Source: Anaerolineales bacterium (GTDB lineage Bacteria > Chloroflexota > Anaerolineae > Anaerolineales > Villigracilaceae). From it: a stretch of DNA of 64,000 nucleotides. Positions 37,171-45,945 of this stretch are shown here, piece by piece (position 1 is the first letter of the stretch; the number at the start of each line of letters is the position of its first letter). The stretch is taken from assembly GCA_035720235.1 (NCBI GenBank), contig DASTOH010000130.1:18660-82659 (forward strand), written 5' to 3'. Both the position numbers and the translations under genes were made by a program. Below the pieces are notes generated by a model. It saw only the letters and a program-made list of their open reading frames with translations. It was not told the DNA's origin and searched no databases.

Positions 37171-37919
37171 AGATCACCATCGTATTGCCAACCTTCAATG
37201 AAGCGGAGAACCTACCTAAATTGGTCTCCGCTTTATTTGTGCTGCCACTGGATCTGCATGTGCTGGTCGTGGATGATAACAGCCCGGACGGTACAGGGGA
37301 AATTGCTGATTCCCTGGCAGTAACTCATCCCGGACGCATGAGTGTACTGCACCGTACGGGGAAGCAGGGTTTGCGTTCTGCCTATGTGGAGGGGTTTCAG
37401 AAAGCCTTCGATTCGGGTGCAGATGCGGTGGTCCAGATGGACGCGGATTTTTCTCATGACCCAGCTGTATTGCAGGAAATGGCGCGCCATATCCATGATT
37501 GTGATGTGGTGATCGGTTCCCGTTATGTCAAAGGCGGGTCCCTGGATGAGAACTGGCCGCTCTGGAGGAAATTTCTCTCCGCATTCGGCAATAATTATGC
37601 ACGGACGGTCCTGCAATTTCCACTGCGCGATGTGACCACTGGTTTCCGGATGTGGAGGCGTGAAGCACTGCAAAAGATGCCTTTGGACCGGATCCGATCC
37701 AATGGGTATATCTTTCTGGTGGAAATGATCTATGTGGCCTTCCTCATGGAATATGATATCGTGGAAGTCCCCATTCATTTCGAGGATCGCAGATTTGGTG
37801 AGTCAAAAATGTCCCTGAAGATCCAACTGGAGGCGGCGATGCGGATTTGGGACGTGTGGTGGCATTATCGCGATATGCGCCAGAGAAGCCATCCCCATAC
37901 GATCAAGGCTGAAGATTGA
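37167..37919 (+). CDS. polyprenol-monophosphomannose synthase (GT2, Ppm1/Dpm1-like)
   Basis: PTFNEAEN, VVDDNSPDGTG, QMDADFSHDP, GSRYVKGG, DVTTGFR, FEDRRFGESKMS; GTGA overlap with the regulator. Confidence 0.9.
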   Translation: MKITIVLPTFNEAENLPKLVSALFVLPLDLHVLVVDDNSPDGTGEIADSLAVTHPGRMSVLHRTGKQGLRSAYVEGFQKAFDSGADAVVQMDADFSHDPAVLQEMARHIHDCDVVIGSRYVKGGSLDENWPLWRKFLSAFGNNYARTVLQFPLRDVTTGFRMWRREALQKMPLDRIRSNGYIFLVEMIYVAFLMEYDIVEVPIHFEDRRFGESKMSLKIQLEAAMRIWDVWWHYRDMRQRSHPHTIKAED

Positions 37920-37941
37920 GTCCGTTGCGACGATCCACTGA

Positions 37942-38781
37942 TCATCCTGCCTGCTGGATGGTCTCACAAAGCCTTTCCCATTCTTCAATGCTCAGAGTCT
38001 CTGCGCGGCGTTTCGAATCGATGTTGGCTTTCCTGAGCATTTCTTCCGCCGCCGCCGACGCGATGTGCAATCCTGCTGACAATGAATTTCGCAGTGTCTT
38101 TCGCTTTTGGCTGAAACCTGCTTTGATGAGCCTGAAGAACGTGTCCAATAGCTCCGTTTTGATCTGAGCCGAAGGGTAAATATCGATACCCAGCACGGCT
38201 GAATCAACTTTGGGGGCAGGGAAAAACGCCTCTGCCGGGATCCGGGCTTCGATACGCGGCCTCCCATAGACCTGCACACTCAACGAGAGCAAACTCATAT
38301 CACCCGGTTTGGCGCAGATCCTTTCGGCGACCTCCTTTTGAATGGTCAGGATGATGCGGCGCGGTTTTTTGCGGCTTTCGAGCAGGTGACGAATCAGGGC
38401 GGACGTGATGTAGTAGGGAATATTGGCAACCACCAGATAATCATCCGCGCGGATGATTTCCGCCGGGGACAGATCCAGGATATCGCCCTGAAGCACGCGT
38501 ATGTTTGGATAAGGTGCGAGGACAACTCGCAACGGGGCAAGCAGGTCCTGGTCGAGTTCGACCGCGACGACCTGTTTGGCAGAGGCTGCCAGGTAGCGCG
38601 TCAGGCTTCCCAGGCCTGGTCCAATCTCCAGCACGGTGTCGGTGGGTTGAATCTGCGCCGCCGCGACGATTTTTTGCAAAGCGAAGGGATCCTGCAAAAA
38701 GTTTTGCCCCAGACTTTTATCGGCACGCAGGCCGTGGCGTTTGAGCAGGGCCGCCGCATTCAAAGGCGGGATTTCTTTCAT
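37942..38781 (-). CDS. rsmA: 16S rRNA m6,2A1518/1519 dimethyltransferase
   Basis: KSLGQNFL, VLEIGPGLGSLT, VANIPYYITS, QKEVAERI, FFPAPKVDS, FSQKRKTLRNSL, RAETLS. Confidence 0.97.
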   Translation of the reverse strand: MKEIPPLNAAALLKRHGLRADKSLGQNFLQDPFALQKIVAAAQIQPTDTVLEIGPGLGSLTRYLAASAKQVVAVELDQDLLAPLRVVLAPYPNIRVLQGDILDLSPAEIIRADDYLVVANIPYYITSALIRHLLESRKKPRRIILTIQKEVAERICAKPGDMSLLSLSVQVYGRPRIEARIPAEAFFPAPKVDSAVLGIDIYPSAQIKTELLDTFFRLIKAGFSQKRKTLRNSLSAGLHIASAAAEEMLRKANIDSKRRAETLSIEEWERLCETIQQAG

Positions 38782-39935
38782 TGACAAAGTTGTGTATCTC
38801 CTTTTCCGCCATCTGCTTGCGTAACTACAATGGAAGTGGGCCAGGTGCCTTCATTGAATTGTCGAACATACTCGCGCAGCACCTCATAATCGGCCTTCCA
38901 GACAAAGATGCTCTTGCCGAAAACGGGATCGTGAACCCGGTCTTGCGTGAAGAGAGTTTGGGGGAAGCTGGCAAAGGTGATGTTGGATGGTTCTAGTTGG
39001 GTGCCGATGCAGGCGAGCTGCCCGAGTTGCTCGGGGCTGAGATCGGTCTGCACCGCGCCTTGAAAAGATTTGATGAGATCAGGCATGCTGGTAATGACAG
39101 CTGGGCTGGTGAGTTTCTTGCGGAGCGCACAGAGGACCCGGTTTTGGTTATCTCCGCGGACAAAAGTCCCTTCAATGCGGATGCGTGCCAGCGTGAGCGC
39201 CTCGGTGCCATCAAGGTGATTGTCGCCTTTTGAGAAGAGCAGGCGCGAACTCGTATCCTCCGCAGTGCGGCCATCCACGGCCTCGGGCAGGTTGACATCG
39301 ATACCGCCAACCGCATCCACGAGCTTTACGAAGGTACGCATGTTGACTGCGGCATAATGATCGATGCGTGTTCCGAAATTCAGAACCAGCGTGCGCGCCA
39401 GCAGGCCCGGTCCCTGCGCGGGATCGTCGGTATACCCAAAGCCTGGGTTGCCGTATAAGTAGGCTTGATTCAATTTTTCGTGATCCTGGCCGTCCAGGTT
39501 ATCGGCGATATCGGGAATTTCCACCCACAGGTCGCGCGGAAATTCCAACACTGTCACCCTGGGAAGCACCGTGTCGATGCGCATGAGGCGAATCGCATCG
39601 GCCAGACCGTATTTGTATTCATCTCCACGCTGGTCGCTGCCAATGGCTAATATGTTTATCACAGAGGGCGCGCCGCATTGACCGGTGGCACTGGTGGGTG
39701 TCACAGGGGCGAACAAGGTCGAGGAAACAGCAGTAGGCCATGGCGTAGAAAGAAGCGCCGCATTTGCACCGGGTGTCTGCGTAGAGGAACGCCATATCAG
39801 TGTCACCGTGGGTATCTGGAGCGCCGGTCCGAGCGGCTGCTGCCATTTCGTCTGATATATCCAGATCACCACGCCAATGAGACCGAGGGTAAGTATCGAT
39901 AAAAATGAGACCGCGGCTTTTTCAAAGTTAGTCAT
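38778..39935 (-). CDS. LCP (LytR-CpsA-Psr) family protein
   Basis: N-terminal TM; NILAIGSDQR, ADAI, FPRDLWV, KLNQAY, VDAVGGIDV, ARIR, RGDNQ. Confidence 0.92.
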   Translation of the reverse strand: MTNFEKAAVSFLSILTLGLIGVVIWIYQTKWQQPLGPALQIPTVTLIWRSSTQTPGANAALLSTPWPTAVSSTLFAPVTPTSATGQCGAPSVINILAIGSDQRGDEYKYGLADAIRLMRIDTVLPRVTVLEFPRDLWVEIPDIADNLDGQDHEKLNQAYLYGNPGFGYTDDPAQGPGLLARTLVLNFGTRIDHYAAVNMRTFVKLVDAVGGIDVNLPEAVDGRTAEDTSSRLLFSKGDNHLDGTEALTLARIRIEGTFVRGDNQNRVLCALRKKLTSPAVITSMPDLIKSFQGAVQTDLSPEQLGQLACIGTQLEPSNITFASFPQTLFTQDRVHDPVFGKSIFVWKADYEVLREYVRQFNEGTWPTSIVVTQADGGKGDTQLCQ

Positions 39936-39945
39936 TTTGATATCG

Positions 39946-40010
39946 AGGTGACAGTCACTTCGCTGCCTGCGCTTCACTTCGGGAGTGCCGCGCAAAAGTG
40001 ACTGTCACCT
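39946..40010. repeat. perfect 15-bp inverted repeat with inner element
   Basis: AGGTGACAGTCACTT / AAGTGACTGTCACCT; loop contains gcgcttcacttcgggagtgccgcgcaaaa, 23/29 identical to 15566-15594. Confidence 0.85.
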
Positions 40011-40014
40011 GATG

Positions 40015-41247
40015 TTACTCCAATACATAAATCACATTGGCCGGAACCGGTGTGAGGAAATATACCGTCACCCAGGAACTCCAATGTTGATAGTCATCAT
40101 CGCTGTAGCCGAGATCGATCCACGGTTTGCCCACACAGCCGCCGCACACATCCTCCACCGTGGCAAAGCCGTAGCCCGGAATATACAGAGGCTGCCCGCC
40201 CATTGCCAGATACCAGCTATAGCGAAGTCCCACCATGCCCTTGGCCAATTTCTTTCCGCTCGACGTGCCTGAGGAACAAAGATCACCACCAGAGCGGCAC
40301 GGCGAATAAGCGGTGGCGTACATCTGCACGGCGCGCCAGTATTCGATCTGCACGCCGTCTACTACGGCCGTCTTGACCTCGATCTTCGTTCCATAGCCAA
40401 GCACTCGCGTCTTCGGCGGCCTCACCAGCGTTTGATTCTCCGTGGTACGTGAAATTTCCTGCCCATCTTCATAGCGGATGCGAATACGCTGCATGTTGAG
40501 CCCGTTTTCGCCGGGCTGCAAGATCTGGATCTGATCGAGTGGCACGTCTGCCGAGGCGACCAGTTCACTCTCAAAGGGGATGGGCTTCTGTGTGAGCAAA
40601 ATGGACTCACTGACTCGCACGACTTTGATCTGCCCATCGGAAGGTAGCGCCTCATTCGCCGACGGGAGGCTGGTATCGAGCCCGAGGAGGGGGATTCCAG
40701 CCTCAGCCAAAGCCTCGCCAACCGTTTTTGCTGACGAAACGATCTTCATTGTTTTTCCGTCTGCCTGCACGCTCAGCTGGCGGAACGGGGAAATGGAGAT
40801 TGGAGAATTGGAGAATTGGACGTTTTGCCCGGAGATTGGAAAGTGAAGTGGCGGGTCAACCTTTTCTCCTGCGCGTAGCCAGATAGATGCTTCTGACAAT
40901 GCCTCACCAACGGTAAACGCAGAAGATTGGATCTGACGCTCCCCATCGGGGGTGATGATGGTCAGGGGAACCGCGCGGCGGAGTTGAAGAGTGGTTGGAG
41001 AATTAGTGACTAGAGAACTAGAGATTGGTTGTTCGGGGGCGCTGGGCAGACCATTGAGGAGGAGGCGGTCGTCGGGGTTGAGCGTGATTCCCACTTGCGC
41101 GAGGATCGCCAAAGGGACGCGTTCGTTTGTTTGGAGAGAAATGATCTTGTCATTGTCAATGATTGTGACGGTGGGAGGAGGAGGGCTTGTCTGGCAGGCA
41201 ACGAGCAGGAAAATGAAGGCGAGAGCCAATCCGCAGTTCAATTTCAT
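40015..41247 (-). CDS. DUF348 (ubiquitin-like)-G5-3D domain lipoprotein (YabE/RpfB-like)
   Basis: lipobox LLVAC; TVGEAL repeats; G5 (IPFESE...QPGENG...YEDGQE); 3D-like MYATAY, LYIPGYG.ATVED..G, WIDLG. Confidence 0.88.
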   Translation of the reverse strand: MKLNCGLALAFIFLLVACQTSPPPPTVTIIDNDKIISLQTNERVPLAILAQVGITLNPDDRLLLNGLPSAPEQPISSSLVTNSPTTLQLRRAVPLTIITPDGERQIQSSAFTVGEALSEASIWLRAGEKVDPPLHFPISGQNVQFSNSPISISPFRQLSVQADGKTMKIVSSAKTVGEALAEAGIPLLGLDTSLPSANEALPSDGQIKVVRVSESILLTQKPIPFESELVASADVPLDQIQILQPGENGLNMQRIRIRYEDGQEISRTTENQTLVRPPKTRVLGYGTKIEVKTAVVDGVQIEYWRAVQMYATAYSPCRSGGDLCSSGTSSGKKLAKGMVGLRYSWYLAMGGQPLYIPGYGFATVEDVCGGCVGKPWIDLGYSDDDYQHWSSWVTVYFLTPVPANVIYVLE

Positions 41248-41314
41248 GCAGTAATTATAACTTGTCGGGCTGTTTGCCCTTTGAACCAACTTAATTGATT
41301 ATTTGGCTTGCTAT

Positions 41315-41722
41315 TCAGCTATAAAGTACTACACCGAATGTTGCGCCAAGCTCAGCAATCCTTTTCAATATTCTTGGCGAGAGCTGAAAACCACTCTGCC
41401 CGTATGGGAGCCAGTAGAAATCGACACTTGCATGGGTCGCAAGCGACTGAATGTATGATTGTTTTGGCTCCAATAATGTAATAATGCTATCAAGATGGTC
41501 TTCGAGTGATTTGTCCGCTGGGATTCTTGATTTGAGAGACCACATACCATGTTTATAAGCTGAGTATTTTGGATTGCCCTTTGGAAAATCACCCTGACGA
41601 TGTGTGCGATCAGGTGTGATTCCAAGATTTTGGGTCACATCTTCGGGCAATAAACCTGGCTCAAATATTCGAAGGGTGACAGAGGTTTCTTCTATGGGGC
41701 ATTCGGTTTCGCTACTTTCCAT
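41315..41722 (-). CDS. DUF4279-like protein
   Basis: PEDVTQNLGITPDRTHRQGD, WSLKS, LEDHL, GFQLSPRILKRIAELG; visibly AT-richer than its flanks. Confidence 0.7.
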   Translation of the reverse strand: MESSETECPIEETSVTLRIFEPGLLPEDVTQNLGITPDRTHRQGDFPKGNPKYSAYKHGMWSLKSRIPADKSLEDHLDSIITLLEPKQSYIQSLATHASVDFYWLPYGQSGFQLSPRILKRIAELGATFGVVLYS

Positions 41723-41739
41723 TTAGCATCCAATCAATA

Positions 41740-42264
41740 CTATTCATATGGCCAGCGATCCGTTCCATGTAACAGCGCGCGGATGTGGTTGATTTCACCT
41801 GCATGATAGAAATCGTGAGCGATCAGGATGCGGATGAGCACGCGTGTTGGCAGCCGGTCGCCCCAGTTGGCGAGTCGCTCGCGCTCCAGTTCGGAATCGT
41901 CTGTGACGGCGCGAATGGAGACCAGCCAGCGCTGATGTCCTTCGGTTAGCCAGTCTACCAGTTCCTTGTGTGGACGTGAACGCGCGCCATCAGCAGGAAT
42001 GAGCGGCGGCTGGTCACCGCGCATGGAGGCCGAGCCGAAGGCGTAATCCTCATACATCCATTTGGCCCAACCGACGTGCTCGAGCACATCGGCGATGGAG
42101 CGGCCCGCACCGAGTGGGAGGGCAGTCCAATCCTCCTCGTGCAGTTCGCGCAAGTTCGCGAGCAGCGAATGATCTGGATCTCCTGCGAAGGCCTCCTGTG
42201 TGAGCCAGGCAAGCGTTTCAATGGCGGTACGTGAACCTGTCATCGGTCGCTCCTTCTGTTTCAT
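41740..42264 (-). CDS. DinB/YfiT-family protein
   Basis: RSIADVLEHV and HDFYHAGEI metal-binding histidines. Confidence 0.88.
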   Translation of the reverse strand: MKQKERPMTGSRTAIETLAWLTQEAFAGDPDHSLLANLRELHEEDWTALPLGAGRSIADVLEHVGWAKWMYEDYAFGSASMRGDQPPLIPADGARSRPHKELVDWLTEGHQRWLVSIRAVTDDSELERERLANWGDRLPTRVLIRILIAHDFYHAGEINHIRALLHGTDRWPYE

Positions 42265-43019
42265 CGGACCTGATGCACGATCCAGACGTTCGGTTCGATG
42301 TAAACGCCCTCATCCTTTTCGCTATCCATTTTCATCGGGTTGAGCGCCCCGGGGATGACGTATGATCCGCTTTGAGGGAACTTCAGGCCGGTCCAGGTTT
42401 CCCATTCAGCGCGCGTCCCGCGTATCGTCTTTGACTCGTGACAGACCTTGATGATTCTGGCGCCCACACGCAGATGGGCTCTCAGCCAAACGTCGAAGGG
42501 CGCGCCGCCCTCGGTCTGCCAGTGAATGTAATCGTCCAGGCTGATGAGCGGATATCTGCTTTTTTCGCTAGGGCGGAGCGGAATGATCAACGCTCGCAAA
42601 CCATGCGCTTGGGTGACCGCGCGCACGGCCTCGATCATCGGCGCGCTGAGGCCCTGACCGCGATAATCGGGATGGAGAATAATCTGGATGGCACAGTGAA
42701 GATTTGATGATACAGCCTGCTTATGATTCCTCACGGCTTCTGTAAAAGCCCAATCCCAACCCTGCTCAGGCAGGTTTTCGAGCGCGTCGTCCCAGCGCAA
42801 CGGAAAACTGTTACCCATCCCTGCCGCGCGGTTGTTTTCGGTGTCAAGCAGGGCAAACTGGTACTCTGCAAAACGGTCGAATAGCTCATGCCAGTTTTCG
42901 TTGGCCACGGGATCGTGTCGCATGAATTCCGGCCAGACGATTTTGGTCAGACCGCGAACGAGATTTCGGTACTCTCCGTGTGTTGCGGGCGTGATGATCT
43001 GAAAGCGGTTGGCGCTCAT
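42261..43019 (-). CDS. GNAT-fold N-acetyltransferase-like protein (paralog 2)
   Basis: WPEFMRHD, HPDYRGQGLS, PLRP, FDVWLRAHLRVGA, EPNVW; ATGA overlap with the upstream paralog. Confidence 0.82.
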   Translation of the reverse strand: MSANRFQIITPATHGEYRNLVRGLTKIVWPEFMRHDPVANENWHELFDRFAEYQFALLDTENNRAAGMGNSFPLRWDDALENLPEQGWDWAFTEAVRNHKQAVSSNLHCAIQIILHPDYRGQGLSAPMIEAVRAVTQAHGLRALIIPLRPSEKSRYPLISLDDYIHWQTEGGAPFDVWLRAHLRVGARIIKVCHESKTIRGTRAEWETWTGLKFPQSGSYVIPGALNPMKMDSEKDEGVYIEPNVWIVHQVR

Positions 43020-43771
43020 AAGCCATGTACCATCCATACGTTCGGCTCCACATAAACGCCTTCGTCCTTTTCAACATCCATTTGCATCGGGCTGAGCGCG
43101 CCAGGGATGTAGTACTCGCCGCTTTGGGGGAATTTCAGACCGGTCCATCGCTCCCATTGGGCGCGCCTGCCGCCAATGGTCATGGCTTCGTGACAGGGTT
43201 TGATGATCCTGGCTCCCGCCCGTGCATGGACTCGCAGCCAGGCGTCGAAGGGCAGGCCCTCGTCCGTCGTCCAGCAGATGTAATCGTCAATGCTCGTGAG
43301 CGGATATGTGCTCTTCTGGTTCGGTCGCACCGGCGCGACGAGGTGCTTGAAACCTTTCGATGTCCCGATCGCGCCCATGGCCTTCACCATCTTCATACTC
43401 AAGCCCTGTCCCTGATAATCGGGATGAATGGCTATTTGAATTGCAGACTGGATGTTCGGAGCCACGCCATTTTTGTGATCCTCGATAGCTTTCAGAAAGA
43501 CCCAGTCCCAGCCGCGCTCAGGTAATTCTTCGAGCGGCTGATCCCAGTAAAAGGGCAGGCTGTTGCCCATCGCGGCCATGCGATTCGATTCTGTATCCAA
43601 CATGGCGAACTGATACTCCTCGAATCGATCGAAGAGCTCATGCCAGTTCTCGTTGGCAATCGGGTCATGCAGCATAAACTCCGGCCAGGAGGCATCACTG
43701 ATATCGCCGGCGTGGTCTCGATAGTCTGGGAGGTCCTTGGGTGCGATGTTTCGAAAGCGGCTTGCATTCAC
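43016..43771 (-). CDS. GNAT-fold N-acetyltransferase-like protein (paralog 1)
   Basis: WPEFMLHD, HPDYQGQGLS, APVRP, FDAWLRVHARAGA, EPNVW. Confidence 0.82.
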   Translation of the reverse strand: MNASRFRNIAPKDLPDYRDHAGDISDASWPEFMLHDPIANENWHELFDRFEEYQFAMLDTESNRMAAMGNSLPFYWDQPLEELPERGWDWVFLKAIEDHKNGVAPNIQSAIQIAIHPDYQGQGLSMKMVKAMGAIGTSKGFKHLVAPVRPNQKSTYPLTSIDDYICWTTDEGLPFDAWLRVHARAGARIIKPCHEAMTIGGRRAQWERWTGLKFPQSGEYYIPGALSPMQMDVEKDEGVYVEPNVWMVHGL

Positions 43772-43775
43772 AGCT

Positions 43776-44216
43776 TTAGATTCTTTCCAGTCTGACGCAT
43801 GTCACGGGATACCCATTGTTCTCGCCTGGAAAGCGCTTTACTTCACGAAAGCCTGCACTTTCATAGAGTTTGAGCGCCTTCTGGTTTCCATCGAGAACAA
43901 TCGTCCAGGCCCCTTCCCCTATCTGACGAAGTGAGATTTTCAAAAGCTCACGACCAATCCCTTTGCCGTACTGTTCCGGGTCAACATATAACCAGGCAAG
44001 ATATTTGTCGTCCACGCCAACAAAGCCAACTACTGTCTCATCTTCACAGGCTATGAATTTCCAACATGCTTTCAATTCCTCTACTTCCTTGTCCTGTTCG
44101 ATGGGGATGAACCCGCGCGGATCACATGAGCCGCGTAATTCATCTGGTCGGGCGCGATCACGGATTTGGCAAATGGCCTTCCAATCTTTGTCCTGAAATT
44201 CGCGATACGTGATCAT
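43776..44216 (-). CDS. GNAT acetyltransferase
   Basis: LYVDPEQYGKGIGRELL, NQKALKLYESAGF. Confidence 0.9.
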   Translation of the reverse strand: MITYREFQDKDWKAICQIRDRARPDELRGSCDPRGFIPIEQDKEVEELKACWKFIACEDETVVGFVGVDDKYLAWLYVDPEQYGKGIGRELLKISLRQIGEGAWTIVLDGNQKALKLYESAGFREVKRFPGENNGYPVTCVRLERI

Positions 44217-44240
44217 GTTTTATCGTCTCATTTTACCTGT

Positions 44241-45833
44241 TTAATCTATCCGAGCTGCTGGTTGCTCGGACAGCTCGTTGTGCGATGCCAGAAGCAACTT
44301 TATGAAGCCGAGCAGTTCAAGTGCGTCATGATACAGATCAAATGGAGCCGGCGTTGGTCCTTGCGCAAGGATTGCTCGGTCAATAATTTGGCTCCACTTT
44401 TGATCGAGCTTCTCCCTTGCCCATCGTGACGCTATTGGTTTTGAGACAATAGTGCCGTGTTCTAAAGCGTGCAGCGCACGGCACATGGAAAGTATCGCAA
44501 ATGCATGGTATTCCCGTGGGTGATCGCGTAGCCAGGACGGATCATCTAACATGGGGAACCACCACTCATGCAAAATACTAATCACCGCGCCGCGAATTTC
44601 ATCTGGGCCAACGAAGTCAATCAATGTTTGGGGATCAGGTCCCTCAACGACGACGCCGTACTCGCGGATGACATGCCGCTGGATGCTCCAACTTCTGCCC
44701 AGGTGGGCAACATAGAATTTCCCTTCATTTACCGTTGGACACGGCGCGCCATGTGGGTCATGACGGCGGATCAGCTCTTTGGGGACGTAGGCACCTTCCA
44801 GTCTGTCAGCCCACTTGAGAGGTGTGGCCCAAATTTTTTGGTGCATCGCTTCGAGTTCAGAGATTGTCTGATCTGAAAGCTGATTGGCTGTCACAACCAG
44901 AAAGTCCACATCACTGGATCTGGGGTTGAAATCTCCGCTGGAGAGCGAGCCGTAGAGGTACATGCCGATGAATTGTTGCTTGAGAATTTCTTTTACATTC
45001 GAAAGAAGCAAATACAAGACTTCGTTGACATCCGGGAATATGGATGGTTGCTTGCCGACCTCAACCAGGTATCGCAACATTTCCAGAGTTTCGTTGATAT
45101 CCTCAACGGATGCCTCCATGTTTGAGTGTTGGCGCCCAATCACGGCTCGTTCAATCAAAGGTCTCCAGCGCGCGTCCAGGGTGTCAATGGCCCATTTTGC
45201 TGCGGCCTGTTTGGAAAGGACTGCTTTATTTTGAAATGTGTAGAGCATCCTACAGAACGACAGGACACAAAAGGACTGATAGCCGCGGCTCTTGAGTGTC
45301 GATGGATGGTTGAGCAGATAGTCGGCCCATAGAGGTAATTCATCGATAACAGCCTGGCGTACTTCAGCTGGTGAAATCGGGTCAATTAGAGTTTTTAGAT
45401 CAGGTCCTGTAATCACGATGCCGTGCCGGCGCAGGAGAACGCGTTGGATGATCCAGTCACTTTCATGCGACTTCATGTGGAGGACCTCATTCGTGCCTCG
45501 ATCCATGTGGGGGTGGAGTTTGTTACCTGGATCAAAACGGCGTAGTGCATTCCGCGGAATGTAGGAAACTTCCAGTTGAAGCGCCCAGGGCGAATCGATC
45601 TGATAGATCTGCGCGTGCATTTCCTTCAGGGCCTCAAATTTGGCGTTTGAGATTTCTGCATCCGTTACGACGAGCACATCAATATCGCTATGTTCATCAA
45701 AGTCGCCGTTGGCCAGCGAGCCGAATAGATACATGCCGACAAACTGATCCTCCAAGATCTTTTTTACCTCGGCAAGCAGGAGATTGAGTATCTCATTGAC
45801 GTCAGGGTAGGGAGTGGGAGAAATCGAATCCAT
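44241..45833 (-). CDS. tandem double AadA/ANT-like nucleotidyltransferase (2x NTP_transf + DUF4111)
   Basis: two modules GMYLFGSLANGDF..SDIDVL and GMYLYGSLSSGDF..SDVDFL, each followed by LS.CR.L...SK..A..WA; start MDSI at 45833. Confidence 0.85.
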   Translation of the reverse strand: MDSISPTPYPDVNEILNLLLAEVKKILEDQFVGMYLFGSLANGDFDEHSDIDVLVVTDAEISNAKFEALKEMHAQIYQIDSPWALQLEVSYIPRNALRRFDPGNKLHPHMDRGTNEVLHMKSHESDWIIQRVLLRRHGIVITGPDLKTLIDPISPAEVRQAVIDELPLWADYLLNHPSTLKSRGYQSFCVLSFCRMLYTFQNKAVLSKQAAAKWAIDTLDARWRPLIERAVIGRQHSNMEASVEDINETLEMLRYLVEVGKQPSIFPDVNEVLYLLLSNVKEILKQQFIGMYLYGSLSSGDFNPRSSDVDFLVVTANQLSDQTISELEAMHQKIWATPLKWADRLEGAYVPKELIRRHDPHGAPCPTVNEGKFYVAHLGRSWSIQRHVIREYGVVVEGPDPQTLIDFVGPDEIRGAVISILHEWWFPMLDDPSWLRDHPREYHAFAILSMCRALHALEHGTIVSKPIASRWAREKLDQKWSQIIDRAILAQGPTPAPFDLYHDALELLGFIKLLLASHNELSEQPAARID

Positions 45834-45849
45834 TTGATTATCACAGGTG

Positions 45850-45945
45850 CCCGCGCTTCGTCTGCGGTCTTCCCCTTCGACCAACACTCAGGGTCAGGCC
45901 TCCGAGCTTTGCACCTTTGGTCAGCGCGGGAAAACGCTCAGGGTG
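45850..45945. repeat. composite palindromic repeat cluster
   Basis: CCCGCGCT...AGCGCGGG IR enclosing cccttcgac..ctcagggt; ctcagggt recurs at 45937. Confidence 0.55.
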
